A DNA stretch of 64,000 nucleotides from Octopus sinensis (lineage: Eukaryota): positions 80,352,001-80,416,000 of the forward strand of contig NC_043002.1 of NCBI RefSeq assembly GCF_006345805.1, in the 5' to 3' direction. The notes below the pieces were generated by a model. It was not told where the DNA came from, ran no database searches, and worked only from the letters and a program-made list of their open reading frames with translations. This document shows, one piece after another, positions 1 through 11,600 of this stretch. A program made the position numbers and the translations under genes. Every line of letters begins with the position of its first letter. The first letter of the stretch is position 1.

Positions 1-39
1 CACACACACGCGCGCGCGCGCGCACATATATATTACGAC

Positions 40-563
40 ATGCTCCTTCTGTTTCTCTTTACTAAATCCACTCACAAGGTTTTGGTCGACCCGAGACTAT
101 AGTAAAAGATACTTGTCCAAGACACTTGCCCAGAAGGACTCCCGGCTGTTCTCTTAAAGACATGTAAAAAGGCTCTTGCAAAGCCACTGCAGATGCACTT
201 TCAGAGTTTCATTTCATGTGGTAAACTCCTCAACATGCTAAAAGAGGATATAATATGCCCTACCCATAAAGGACGGAGCAGAATCGATACAAAAAAAATT
301 ACACGCCCATCTCTACGTTCTCACATGTTAGCAAGACAATGGAACGCATTGTAGAAAAAAAACTGATAACATTCCTAGAAGAAAACAACGTTCCCACAAA
401 CGAATAACATGGCTTCCATCCAGGGAGGAGCTGCTTCACACAGTTGCCGCTGCACTTTGACTGGGTACTGAAGCAATAGCTAAACCAGTCAGCTGTAGAG
501 GTGATATACCTTGACCTGGAAGCATGTCGTTGGGAATCAATCTTCTTAGCACACAGCCACGCC
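40..563 (-). mobile_element. SINE-A copy split by a LINE fragment (SINE parts ~40-135 and 516-563)
   Basis: Both parts match other SINE-A copies in the window (e.g. 8806-9190) in reverse complement. Confidence 0.75.
136..515 (+). mobile_element. CR1/L2/Jockey-group LINE reverse-transcriptase fragment (decayed)
   Basis: Translates with frameshifts/stops to GLPAVLLKTCKKALAKPLQ...ICPTHKG...NYTPIS...SKTMERIV...HGFHPGRSCFTQL...VEVIYLD, the typical start of a non-LTR RT domain. Confidence 0.85.
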
Positions 564-1935
564 TTCACCAATATATATATTATATATATATATATATATA
601 TAAACTATGTTCCCTTGAAATTAAAAGCAAACAGAGGTGAAAATGAGAGAATGAGATAAATAAAGACGCATTGACGTTTCAGACTTCAGTACATTTTCAT
701 ATTTTTCCTTTTCTTCTCCTTCTTGCATAAATTTCCGTATCACTTTCACGTCTTTCTCTTGCTTGTCCAAATCCTGCATCTTACTTCACAAATACTTTCT
801 ACTACTCTCCCTCCTCACCCTGTCTCTCTGTCTCTCATCTTCATATATCCGCCTTTGCTTTTTCCGTATTACCTCTCTGTCCATCTCCCTGTCTTGGTTT
901 TTCTCACTTATCTTTCTCCATTTACCATTATGGAAACAAACGCTAATACCGATGCCTCTGCCAGCACCATTATCGTTACTAACAACTATTTATTCCTTAC
1001 TTTACTTCAGTTACTTCCCTTTAGCGTCACACAAGTAGTAGATAGGAACGTAATAATGTACGTAGCTTATATTTTCCCTTTTGTACGCCATCTTTTCTCA
1101 AATTGCACACATAACTTTCTGCAGTTCTCGTTCATGTAGATCATCTTTTCTATTCCCTTTCTCGGACTGTTTAGCTTACATTCTTTTCTTTGTTCATCCC
1201 ACTCAACAATCTCCTCTTACACTGCTAAGGAAATATTATCTCTCATATAATTTAATAGTAATGAAGAAATGTTGTTTCGAAATAGAAACAAGAGCAAATT
1301 AATGTATTTTCACATTTCATTTTATTTATTTATTGTTATCTTATTTATAATTTTTATTTCACTATTTTATTTCCTTTCTCTTTCATATTTGAACTATTAC
1401 TGTAATATTTGATTTTATAACATTCTATGTTTCTATGTAGATAAGTTATTCTCCAATGCAATGTCGGTAAACGGTGGTGGTTATATATTGACAGCCTGAA
1501 CAAAATATAACTGCATAGCAATAAAAAATTGCTTAAAATGCAGCAGATTGATCTGCTGGATATATCAACTGGATTTAGCTCAGATCACACCTTATATAAA
1601 GGAGTGTGCTTCTATATATGTATACATACATGTATGTATATAAATTATTTATGTTTTTGTAATATACTACGTCTTTTCACATCTAATATACTGCGTCTTT
1701 TCACACGTAGCTTACTGGTTTTTCCCGACATTGTTTATGAACGGAGCTACACATACTAGTTGCTAGTCAATATTCTATTATTAGTCGCCAACAAATTCAT
1801 ATATTCTTGATCTCAAGGCAGGCCACATTATTAAAAGGCTGCAGTTTCCACTCGGATTATTAAGTTATAAGAGATTCAACTGGAATGGTTTCCAAGAGAA
1901 GCTAGTGCGTACACAGTTCACGTTTACGTGATCCA

Positions 1936-2654
1936 CAAATCCAGAGTGAATCTCAGACGGTTCTCGACTCGCTAACGTAAAACGACTTCCAGGCCGGATT
2001 CCGAAAGAGGCATGAATGCTTGGACTGGTGTATTGCTGCGTAAGGCGACTACTTCGAAGATGATCTGATAAATTAGGTACCGTAAATCCTCGTGTATAGC
2101 CCGCCCTTGAGTATAATACGTAGGGGATTTTTAAGGGGCTGTACTTCTGAAAAACCTAAACCTTGTGTATAATACGCACCCCTTCTCTAAATTGAGTCGC
2201 GCGTAATTAAGCCAGCAGCGCCTAGTCGAACAAACAATTCCTGCATGCGTAATACAATAATGGTGATGTTAACTGTTATATGGGAATGCAAATATGTTTG
2301 CAAATTGTTTTTGTTACATATTATTTTGTGTTCTGAATACTTTTATTTTAATAAATATTGCTTACTGCAAGTTATGGTTGATTCTTTTACGACTTCATTG
2401 CTTTCAGGCTTGGCTTAAGATATTTTCGCGCCCAACATCACAAAATGCGTCTGAATAAACATTACTGGAGAGCAAATAGACTCGAACATTGCTTAGAAAA
2501 TATTTTTCAATTTTTAACTTCGTATATAGTACGCACGAGGGATTTTGATCTTTAAATTTTGGGGAAAAATGCGGATTATATTCGAGGATTTACAGTAAAT
2601 AAGTTATTTTTAGTGAACATAACCAGTCCCGGAACCTTTTGATACCACCGCATA
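1936..2654 (+). mobile_element. mariner transposase C-terminal remnant plus 3' TIR, interrupted by a MITE
   Basis: QIQSESQTVLDSLT*NDFQAGFRKRHECLDWCIAA*GDYFEDD matches mariner C-termini. After the MITE the sequence ends in a TIR-like ccagtcccggaaccttttgataccaccgcata. Confidence 0.75.
2080..2595. mobile_element. pogo/Tigger-like MITE with TA target duplication
   Basis: Termini TA|ccgtaaatcctcg ... cgaggatttacag|TA. Homologous along its length to 39367-39878 (opposite orientation). Confidence 0.85.
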
Positions 2655-3764
2655 CCACTTCAAATCAAAGAATACTAAGGAAGAAAAATCAGGCTTGATT
2701 ACTTTATCCAATGGCTTCCACCAAAATGAACAGGATTTTTCTATGGTTATTTCCACCAAGACAAACCTATCATAATCCATTTAAAATACAAAATGTTAAC
2801 AGCACTTCCATCATCATATGATGCAAATGTAAGCGTAAATTTACATGTACCCATCTTAACAACCATCTTGCAATTGGGGAAATAAGTATACTTGTTTATT
2901 CAGTAGCTTTACTTTACCAACTAACAGTATCGATAGTAAGTACACAAGGTACAGTGCAAATATTTTCAAGGAACGTATTAAACAACAACAGTATTCCTTT
3001 GAGTTACTCAACAATGGAACTTTGAATTATCTAGAAAATTAAGTAGCAATGACGTGATCGCTCTTTTATAATAACTTGGAATATTGTTGATAGAGTTACT
3101 CCCTGTTCCATAGGAATAAGTAACCGTTGGATCATTATATTTATGTGCCTTTGCCTTTATGTTTTCGTATATATAAATGTGTCAGTGTGTATAAAATGAG
3201 TATGTTTTTGTTGGGGTGGATGTATGCTGCGTTTCCATTTCTTGGATATTTTCTCTATAAAAGTGTTTGGCTTTCGAAAAGAAACAAAAATCTGTTGCTA
3301 GAATTTCGATTAACAAAACAACGGCAAGCAGTTAAATGTTCAATTTTAAGATAATAGTGTTTGTTTTGAAAACAATTGCTTTCAAATTGAATTTACAAAT
3401 TTCAGGTTAGCTGATTACTTTCTGTGCCTACAAAACCCAGTTTTACGAGATTTATACGTTTTACACTCTTAAGTACACCAATAAATACAGGTATAAATGT
3501 AAATATATGAACTGTTCAGAGAGACTGTACATTAGCAGATATGAAGCATAATCCAAATCTTAGGTCACATCACCAAGAATCAATCGTGCTCAGGTATCTT
3601 GCTCAACAAGGGTTGTATCCAGAATTTCCCTGGGGTGTTCTCAGGTCTGTGTGTATAAGTAGAGGCCTATATTTTGCAGTTAATTTATACGTAACTATCT
3701 CATAAAAATTACAAGAGCACATTTTAGCGAACAGAAGGATTTTCTGCTTTACGTAATCTTATTA

Positions 3765-3842
3765 CAACTGAGTATTAGCAATATATCATGTGAAGTGAAT
3801 GATTGACAGAAGGACATACCTGATTGTGCAGTGAACTCGCTC

Positions 3843-3887
<45 letters not shown>

Positions 3888-4023
3888 GTTCCTCACTTAC
3901 TTACTTCTTTTAGAGGTATTGAGCACTGAATCTTCGATTCCTCATCTCAACAGTGTATTTGCAATATATTTTGTGAAGTGAATGAGTATCAGAAGAAACA
4001 TACCTGACTCTGCAGCAAACTCT

Positions 4024-4056
<33 letters not shown>

Positions 4057-4114
4057 ACCCTGACTTTCTTACTCTCTCTTTAAATTAAAATAAAGGGTTG
4101 AGCACTGAATCTTC
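3765..4114. repeat. Old tandem duplication, ~180 bp unit containing a (CT)n tract
   Basis: Shared blocks gcaatatat..tgtgaagtgaatga..acatacctga..gagcactgaatcttc at 3765-3935 and 3948-4114. Confidence 0.7.
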
Positions 4115-5125
4115 AATGGCTTATAAAAAAATCATGAGACAGCAAACTTCAGCAAAATGTGTAATGGAAAGAAATAAAAGACGTCAGGAATGATTACTAA
4201 ACCATCTTTACAAGGAATTGAACGTTTATGGCTCCGTTTCAGAAAATCGTTAAACTGACCCGTAAGTTTTATTGATCAAACATTTAAAAAATTGTATACA
4301 TATCATATATACAGCAAAAACGTTTGACTGATGGCCAGGAGTCGGCTCGAGAACGGTTCCTTATATTTTATATCCAGTAAGTGACTGGTTACATGGTTTT
4401 CTTTTCCGAACATCACTAAAACGATCCCTTAATTTTATTGACCAATAAGTGGAATGGCTAGGAGGCCCTCTCAAGAACAAACAATAGAATCAGTATTAAG
4501 GACGAATCCTTAGATATAAAGAGCAGAATGATGAAACTCAATTTGGAAAACTTGATTTTCAACTGTTGACTCTATAATTTGGATCATTGAGAAAATTCCC
4601 TTCCAGCTATGCAATCCACTATATTTCCCTTTGTTCTCATGCAATCTGTTTTAAACATTGAATTACACTCGTGTCTCGTTCAATTTGCTAAAGCAATTTC
4701 TTCGAAGAGAGATGAGATGACACCGACGTTATACAACGAAAACGTCTGTGGTAGGAGGTGTGGTTCGAGTTGGTTGTGCTGGTGTTGGTGGGAGTAGGTC
4801 TTGCTTGCTGGTTATGACGTTGTTTTGACGGATCTAGGTCTGGTAGTAGAATATTGGTAAGGAGAAGAGGATGGAGAGAAGGGAAATGGGAAAAATTGAG
4901 CCGCTGCGGCTGCTGGTGGTGATGGTGTTGGTGGTAGGGAATATAGTGGTAGCATTAGAGATAGAATGATTGGAACTTACGGTAATGGTCAGAGTAGTTG
5001 CGATAACAGTGGTCGCAACAATAGTGCTAGTGGTGTTATTAATGACTGTAGAAGAAGTAATGAACAAACGGTGGTAATGTTAAGAAAGATATGATAGCAT
5101 TGCAGCAGCAGCGGGCAGAAACTGT

Positions 5126-5128
5126 AGT

Positions 5129-5175
<47 letters not shown>

Positions 5176-5609
5176 TGTTGTAGTAGTAATGGTGGTGGCG
5201 GTGGTGTGATAGTGTTGGTAGTGGTGGTGGTAATAGTGGTGGGGTGGTGCTGATAGTGGTGGTGTTAGTAGTAGTAAGGTGGTGGTGGAGGTAATAGCGT
5301 TGGTAGTGGTGGTGATAATAGTAGTGGAGTGGAGGTGATGTCGGTGGTGGTAGTAGTAGTAAAGGAGTAGCGATAATGCGGTCGTGGTGGTAGTAGTTGT
5401 AGTAGTAGTAGTAGTAGTAATGGTGGTGGCGGTGATGGTGATAGTGTTGGTAGTGATGGTTGTAATAGTGGTGGGATGGTGCTGATAGTGGCGGTGTTAG
5501 TAGTAGTAAGGTGGTGGTGGAGGTAATAGCGTTGGTAGTGGTGGTGGTAATAGTAGTGGGGTGGAGGTGATGGCGGTGGTGGTAGTAGTAGTAAGGGAGT
5601 AGCAGTAAG

Positions 5610-5642
<33 letters not shown>

Positions 5643-5759
5643 ATAGTGGTGGCGGTGGTGGTGATGGTGTTGGTAGTGGTGGTTGTAATAGTGGTGGTGT
5701 TATTAGTAGTAAGGTGGTGGAGGAGGTAATAGTGTTGGTAGTAGTAGTAGTAGTAGTAA

Positions 5760-5801
<42 letters not shown>

Positions 5802-5822
5802 CAGCAGCAACAGCAGTAGTAA

Positions 5823-5852
<30 letters not shown>
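5126..5852. repeat. (GTA)n/(GTG)n low-complexity tract with ~230 bp higher-order repeat
   Basis: Block tggtggtggcggtg..gatagtgttggtag recurs near 5189, 5420 and partially 5645. Confidence 0.8.
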
Positions 5853-5853
<1 letters not shown>

Positions 5854-6003
5854 TAAGGAGGCTGGTTCCGGCGGCGATGATGTTGCTGCTGTTGTTGTTG
5901 CTGTTGTTTGTTTTTGTTGTTGCTACTGTTGATATCGATGGTGGTGGGGTGGTGGTGGTCGTCGCCGTCGTGATAGAGGTGGCGGTGGTGGTGGTGGCGA
6001 TCG

Positions 6004-6155
6004 TGTTCTGAGTTCAAATTCCGCCGAAGTCGTCTTTGCCTTTTATCGTTTCAATGTGGATAAGATAAGCACCAATCGGGTATTAGGCTCTATGCGATCG
6101 ACTATACCCCTCCCCTCAAATTCCGGGCCTTGTGCCTATAATTGAAAGGATTATT
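6004..6155 (+). mobile_element. SINE-B, 5'-truncated
   Basis: gttctgagttcaaattccgccga... ending in the tail ggccttgtgcctataattgaaaggatt. Confidence 0.75.
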
Positions 6156-6267
6156 ATTAATATTGTTGTTGTTGTTGTTATTAACATCATCATCATCAGC
6201 GGTCTCTGAAGCAGGAGGAGTCGGAAGAGGGAGAGAGAGTGGGGTGGGGCTGAGGGAATGAGAGAAA

Positions 6268-6497
6268 GAAAGAAGAAGAAGAAGAAGAAGAAGAAGAAGA
6301 AGAAGAAGAAGAAGAAGAAGAAGAAGAAGAAGAAGAAGAAGAAGAAGAAGAAGAAGAAGAAAAGAAGAAGAAGAAAAAGAATAAATGGCGAAAGCATTTA
6401 GTTAAATAAATACGGAAGCGATTAGTGTAGGCAAATCTTTGATACACTGCAATGAACAAATATAATAATAATACTAATAATAATAATGATAATAATA

Positions 6498-6531
<34 letters not shown>

Positions 6532-6655
6532 TAATAATAATAATATAATAATGATAACAATAATAATAATAAATAATAAAATAATAATAATAATAATATA
6601 ATAATAATGATAATAATAATAATAATAATAATATAATAATATAATAATAATAATA
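6268..6655. repeat. (GAA)n and (TAA)n microsatellites
   Basis: Direct inspection; source of the poly-F/S/I/Y ORFs in the track. Confidence 0.95.
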
Positions 6656-7017
6656 GATGATACAAAATGGCGGCTGTAGGTTCGGGAGATAATAATGTGA
6701 AAGACGAACATTGACCACCGGCAGCGAGATTTGTTGTAATAGCATACTGAGAGAACGGTGTATCTCTGATGTTCACATAAATTTATTTGGCTTGTCGCTG
6801 CTGTTTGCTGCGAGATGTAATTGTTAAAAGCAAAGCATGGCTGAGACAAGAAAAGTGGGTGACTACTTAAGTATTGCTGAAGGGACAACCATGCCTTTCT
6901 GAACAAGATCTTTTTTGTGACAACTTCATTGTTTCTTTCTTATCTACATATCTTCCCACCCGTCTAACTATCCAGCCACTTTGATCCACACGAATACGAA
7001 GGGTATGCGATTATATT

Positions 7018-7100
<83 letters not shown>

Positions 7101-7485
7101 TAATCTGGAAAACGTTTGAGACATTTCTTGATTATTCTAACTTGCTCAAATTGTAAGTTCTTCTACTGATGTATGTTCGTAAAGTTGAGTACGTAACGTG
7201 AGTACGTAAATGTGAGTTCACATACATAAATATGAGTGCACACACACACATACATGCATTCATGCATACGCACATATACATGCATGCACACGCATATGCA
7301 CTCACACAGATATATCTGATGCTATGTCGGTACAACTCGGTACGAACTCATAAAACTATTGTTGCAGGTTAGAATCACACGGCCACAGCCAACATAAGAA
7401 AATAGGAGCTTTTTATATGCATACGCAAAAAACGTTTCTCGTAAACGAACTAAAGAATACATATATATATAATATATATATACAC

Positions 7486-7516
<31 letters not shown>

Positions 7517-7562
7517 GATATATATATAATATATATAATAATATATATATATATATATATAT

Positions 7563-8697
7563 AGATATTGTTGTATTTAGGAATGGTCATTTTGCCAGTT
7601 TAGCCAATAAAAACAACCCTATCAAATCTATAATTGGTAAAACCTATCCTTTTAGTAGAACCCCCTGTACGGATAAGTACTGTACTGTATGTAGATTTAG
7701 CCCACAAACAAGCTGTAAAGCCAGAAATGTAGTCTATAGTATAAGATGTATATAGGGACGATGCAGTAACAAGACAACGACATACGTAGGGGAAACGGCA
7801 AGAAGCATAGGAGAGCGGGTAAATGTGGATTGGAGACAACTCAAGGAAGGTAAAAGCTCATCGATTCTGTACCAACACGCCGAACAAGAACACGGGGGAT
7901 CAATCAATAACATAGAAATTAAAATATTATCCACACATAGATCAAATGCAACAATTAGACAAATTACAGAAGCTACACACATAATAGAAAATAAACCTAG
8001 CCTGAATAGAAAACTAGAATGGAGCACTAACACACACCACAACATATGACGATAGAGGATCCTGAAAACATAATAAATACACAGATAAATAAATAAACTA
8101 ATAGAAATAAATAACTATATATATATATATATATATATTGTTTTTTCGATTCAATTTATTATTATTATTACTAGTATTGTTGTTATACATACATACATAC
8201 AAGCATATGTAATGATAATAATGGGTGGATGTAAATACATGAACAAAATAAGAATAAACAAAATCAACAAAAACAAAAAGCAAAAAACAAAAAACAAAAA
8301 ACAAAACAAAACAAAATACAAAATACAAATTACATGAACATATAAAATTACAAATTACATGAACATATATAAACAGAAGATACACATATTACAGGCATCC
8401 CCCACATACACACACTAAATAAACATAAACGCACATAGAGATATAAGCATGCGCAAATGAAGACATACAATAAAAATACAAAATGGCTGACGGTTAGTAA
8501 GGAGAGACATAAATAAGTAAGAAGAAAACAAAGGACCACTGATGCGGTCACAGGAGTGTGACGAAAGAACTCTGGCGAAATAAGATTAAGATTATGTAAA
8601 AAATAAATAACACTGAAGCAAAGTAACACCAATATATAGTGTGCGTGTTTTTATTGGCTAAACTGGCAAAATGACCATTCCTAATACAACAATATCT
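7563..8697 (+). mobile_element. Penelope-like element remnant: GIY-YIG endonuclease C-terminus, pLTR-like 3' region and ~52 bp terminal inverted repeat
   Basis: One frame over 7618-8049 reads CTDKYCTVC...KARNVVYSIRCI*...YVGETARSIGER...LYQHAEQEH...IRQITEATHIIENKPSLNRKLEW. 7563-7615 is the reverse complement of 8646-8697 apart from one indel. Confidence 0.85.
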
Positions 8698-8745
8698 GTT
8701 TCAACACACGACCTCACATAAAACTCTTGCAACAATATTTAAACG

Positions 8746-8776
<31 letters not shown>

Positions 8777-8805
8777 ATATATATATATATATAGAATAGA
8801 TATAA

Positions 8806-8971
8806 GGCGCAGGAATAGCTGTGTGGTAAGTAGCTTGCTTACCAACCACATGTTTCCGGGTTCAGTCTCACTGAATGGCACCCTGAGCAAATGTCTTCAA
8901 CTATAGATTCGGGCCGACCAAAGCCTTGTGAGTGGATTTGGTAGGCGACAGGAAACAGAAAGAAGCATGAC

Positions 8972-9003
<32 letters not shown>

Positions 9004-9190
9004 TATATATGTGTGTGTATGTATATGTTTGAGTGTCTGTGTTTGACCCCCGAACATCGCTTTATAACCGATGCTGGTGTGTTTGCATCCCCGTATCTAG
9101 CGGTACGGTAAAAGACACCCGATAGAATAAGTACTAGGCTTACAAAGAATAAGTCTTGGGGTCGACTTGCTCGACTAAAGGCGGTGCTCT
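8806..9190 (+). mobile_element. SINE-A, near full length (tRNA-like head, central microsatellite, conserved body, LINE-like tail)
   Basis: A-box-like agctgtgtggt at ~8817-8827, B-box-like ggttcagtc at 8859-8867; many dispersed homologues. Carries the uninterrupted 13-mer gtagcttgcttac at 8830-8842. Confidence 0.9.
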
Positions 9191-10456
9191 ATTATACTTT
9201 GAATGTTGCCTAGGGTAATTTATACGCCCCTTAAAGCTATTCCACTATTCGATCTAGGATAAAGATAAAATCCTTTCGGGTGGATTTCAGTTCAAGGAAT
9301 TTGAAATGCTGATTTAAGTGACGAAAGAGGATATTATACTTTGATGTTTCCATACCTGTTTCATAATGTTCTGCAACTAAGATAGTACAGTGATCTGATA
9401 CGTCTGTTTCACTGAAGGACATGCGAGATTTTTAAATCAGCAAATGCTGTCATTTATTACCAGGTAGAATCTCACTAAGCATACATACAGTGACCAAAAG
9501 CGTTCCATTTATGACTACCATTATCCAATACGTCTTCCTATTCTGAAGACAGTAGGGAGATTCTGCTTGATAATTGCTTGCAGATTAAGTACTCACGAAC
9601 TTCTCTTTTGGCTTGATGGATATTCAAAGAATGGTTACTGAGACCTTAAACATTATCAAGGAGTAACATAAATGAGTTTTGAGTTCGATAATTTCAATAC
9701 AATCCGAAGCCATTTGAGTATTTATTGTCATGGAAAATTTCATTAAGATTTATCGATTTTGAATGAAACAAATTTTGGGATAGGAATATTATTTGCCCCT
9801 AGCCCATAACTGCAACTTGTTTTTCCGGATCCCCAGAAATTGGGAAAATAAAAGTTGACCAATACTCACAACAACTACAAAACAACAAAATTTGAACTCA
9901 GAAAGTAATTGACATATATTTGCATAAAAAACACATTAAATGCATTTTTTAAAGTCTCCCTGGCGCATTACCTCAATAGTATTTTTTTTATAATATAAAA
10001 ACAATGGTATATTTTATATAATGTTGGTATTATTTGATATCACTGTAAAAGTGGTATTAAAATAGAGTAAAGTCGTTGTATATTCTAAACATCAAATAAA
10101 GTCAGATGTTTATATGCAATAACACGTAAATATCTCTTTCATAACATGTACAAGCAGACAGAAACATGACAAAAATAAACATATTATACAACAATACAGC
10201 ATTACTTTTGGATATAATATTCATTTATCCAAAAGTTAGAGTGGTTTGGTATATTGAAATTTTGATAACGTGTATGTGGAAGCATTAATGAGATAAGTAC
10301 GTACTTAAATGTGTCTCTCATAGTGACTGTCTCCTTTTTCGCTTTCTCTCTCTCTTTTTCTCTCTCTTCTCTCCCTTTCACTCTATGTATATACCATATA
10401 CATATATACATACATCCATACCCCATATACCTTACACATACGCACCCCAACACACC

Positions 10457-10528
<72 letters not shown>

Positions 10529-11100
10529 CTATACATACATATATATACATATATATATATAAACATAAAATACATATATATGAAAATTTCTCTTTCCTCT
10601 TTCTCTCTCTTCCATTCTCATTAAATATGTGTGTGTGTGTGTGTGTGAATGCGTGTATATGTGGTGTACTTTTGTGTGCATGTGTCTGTACGTGTATGTG
10701 TGCGTGTGTATACGTAAAAATGGAGGATACGTACTCAATATAACTAACAGAGATTATTGATTTATTTCAAATTGATGATTAATTCCTTTTCTAATCACAA
10801 TTTCTCATCACGTACAGCCCTACTGTTGATTCAAAATCAGCCGAACCCGAAACATAGCACCTGAAGAGAAACACAGTGTACTGGTCACATAGAGACTACG
10901 ACTATTCATACAAAAGGCTTAAGTTAAACTGAATGGATCGATTTGCATAAATGATGCACGCTAGGTAGCTTTCTGGATTAATAAAATAGTGGTGCTTTAA
11001 AACTCTTTGAAAATCTTCTCTATTGTAGCATAACATTGAAACCAAACAATAGTAAAGCACCAGTAATTTACACATACATACCTACACATAAACAACACTT

Positions 11101-11193
<93 letters not shown>

Positions 11194-11389
11194 ATATTAT
11201 GAGAAGGTTTGGAGATAATGTACAGGTATTTTATATTAGAAGAAATGAAGTACTCAGAAATTCGGATGGTTTTATATCACAGATATTTATTTGTATATTA
11301 CATGTTTTATTACATCATATAAGTTGTATCATATATCATATATCATATATTAGCACTTTAACCCATTCTAGTGGGGATTTCAAATCGAA

Positions 11390-11431
<42 letters not shown>

Positions 11432-11496
11432 TATATATATGCCCACGCCCACGCATGCACAAACATATATTCATACATGGGTACATACATTCGCAC

Positions 11497-11587
11497 ACAT
11501 CACCCATACATCGCCTCATCGATGTCTTTGCCAGCCCGCAAAGCTGCCATCTTTGTACTGCCTCTATGGCAAATTTGATAAAATAAA
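11497..11587 (+). mobile_element. 3'-end fragment of the L1/Tx1-like family
   Basis: Aligns by eye to the 3' end of 11601-13838 (cctcatc..gtctttg.ccagcc.gcaa...tgcct.tatggc...aaataaa). Confidence 0.7.
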
Positions 11588-11600
11588 GTAGCTTGCTTAC

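Noticed and set aside
660-700. Minus-strand ctgaagtctgaaacgtcaatgcgtc, hammerhead-like
   Set aside because: No stem II between the core halves; too degenerate to call.
8806-8880. tRNA gene-like heads (A and B boxes) at many positions
   Set aside because: No acceptor stem or complete cloverleaf, and each continues into a SINE body. They are SINE heads, not tRNA genes.
9237-9720. Non-repetitive, coding-looking segment on the minus strand
   Set aside because: No recognisable motif in any frame and frequent stops; possibly an old TE, but unassignable by eye.
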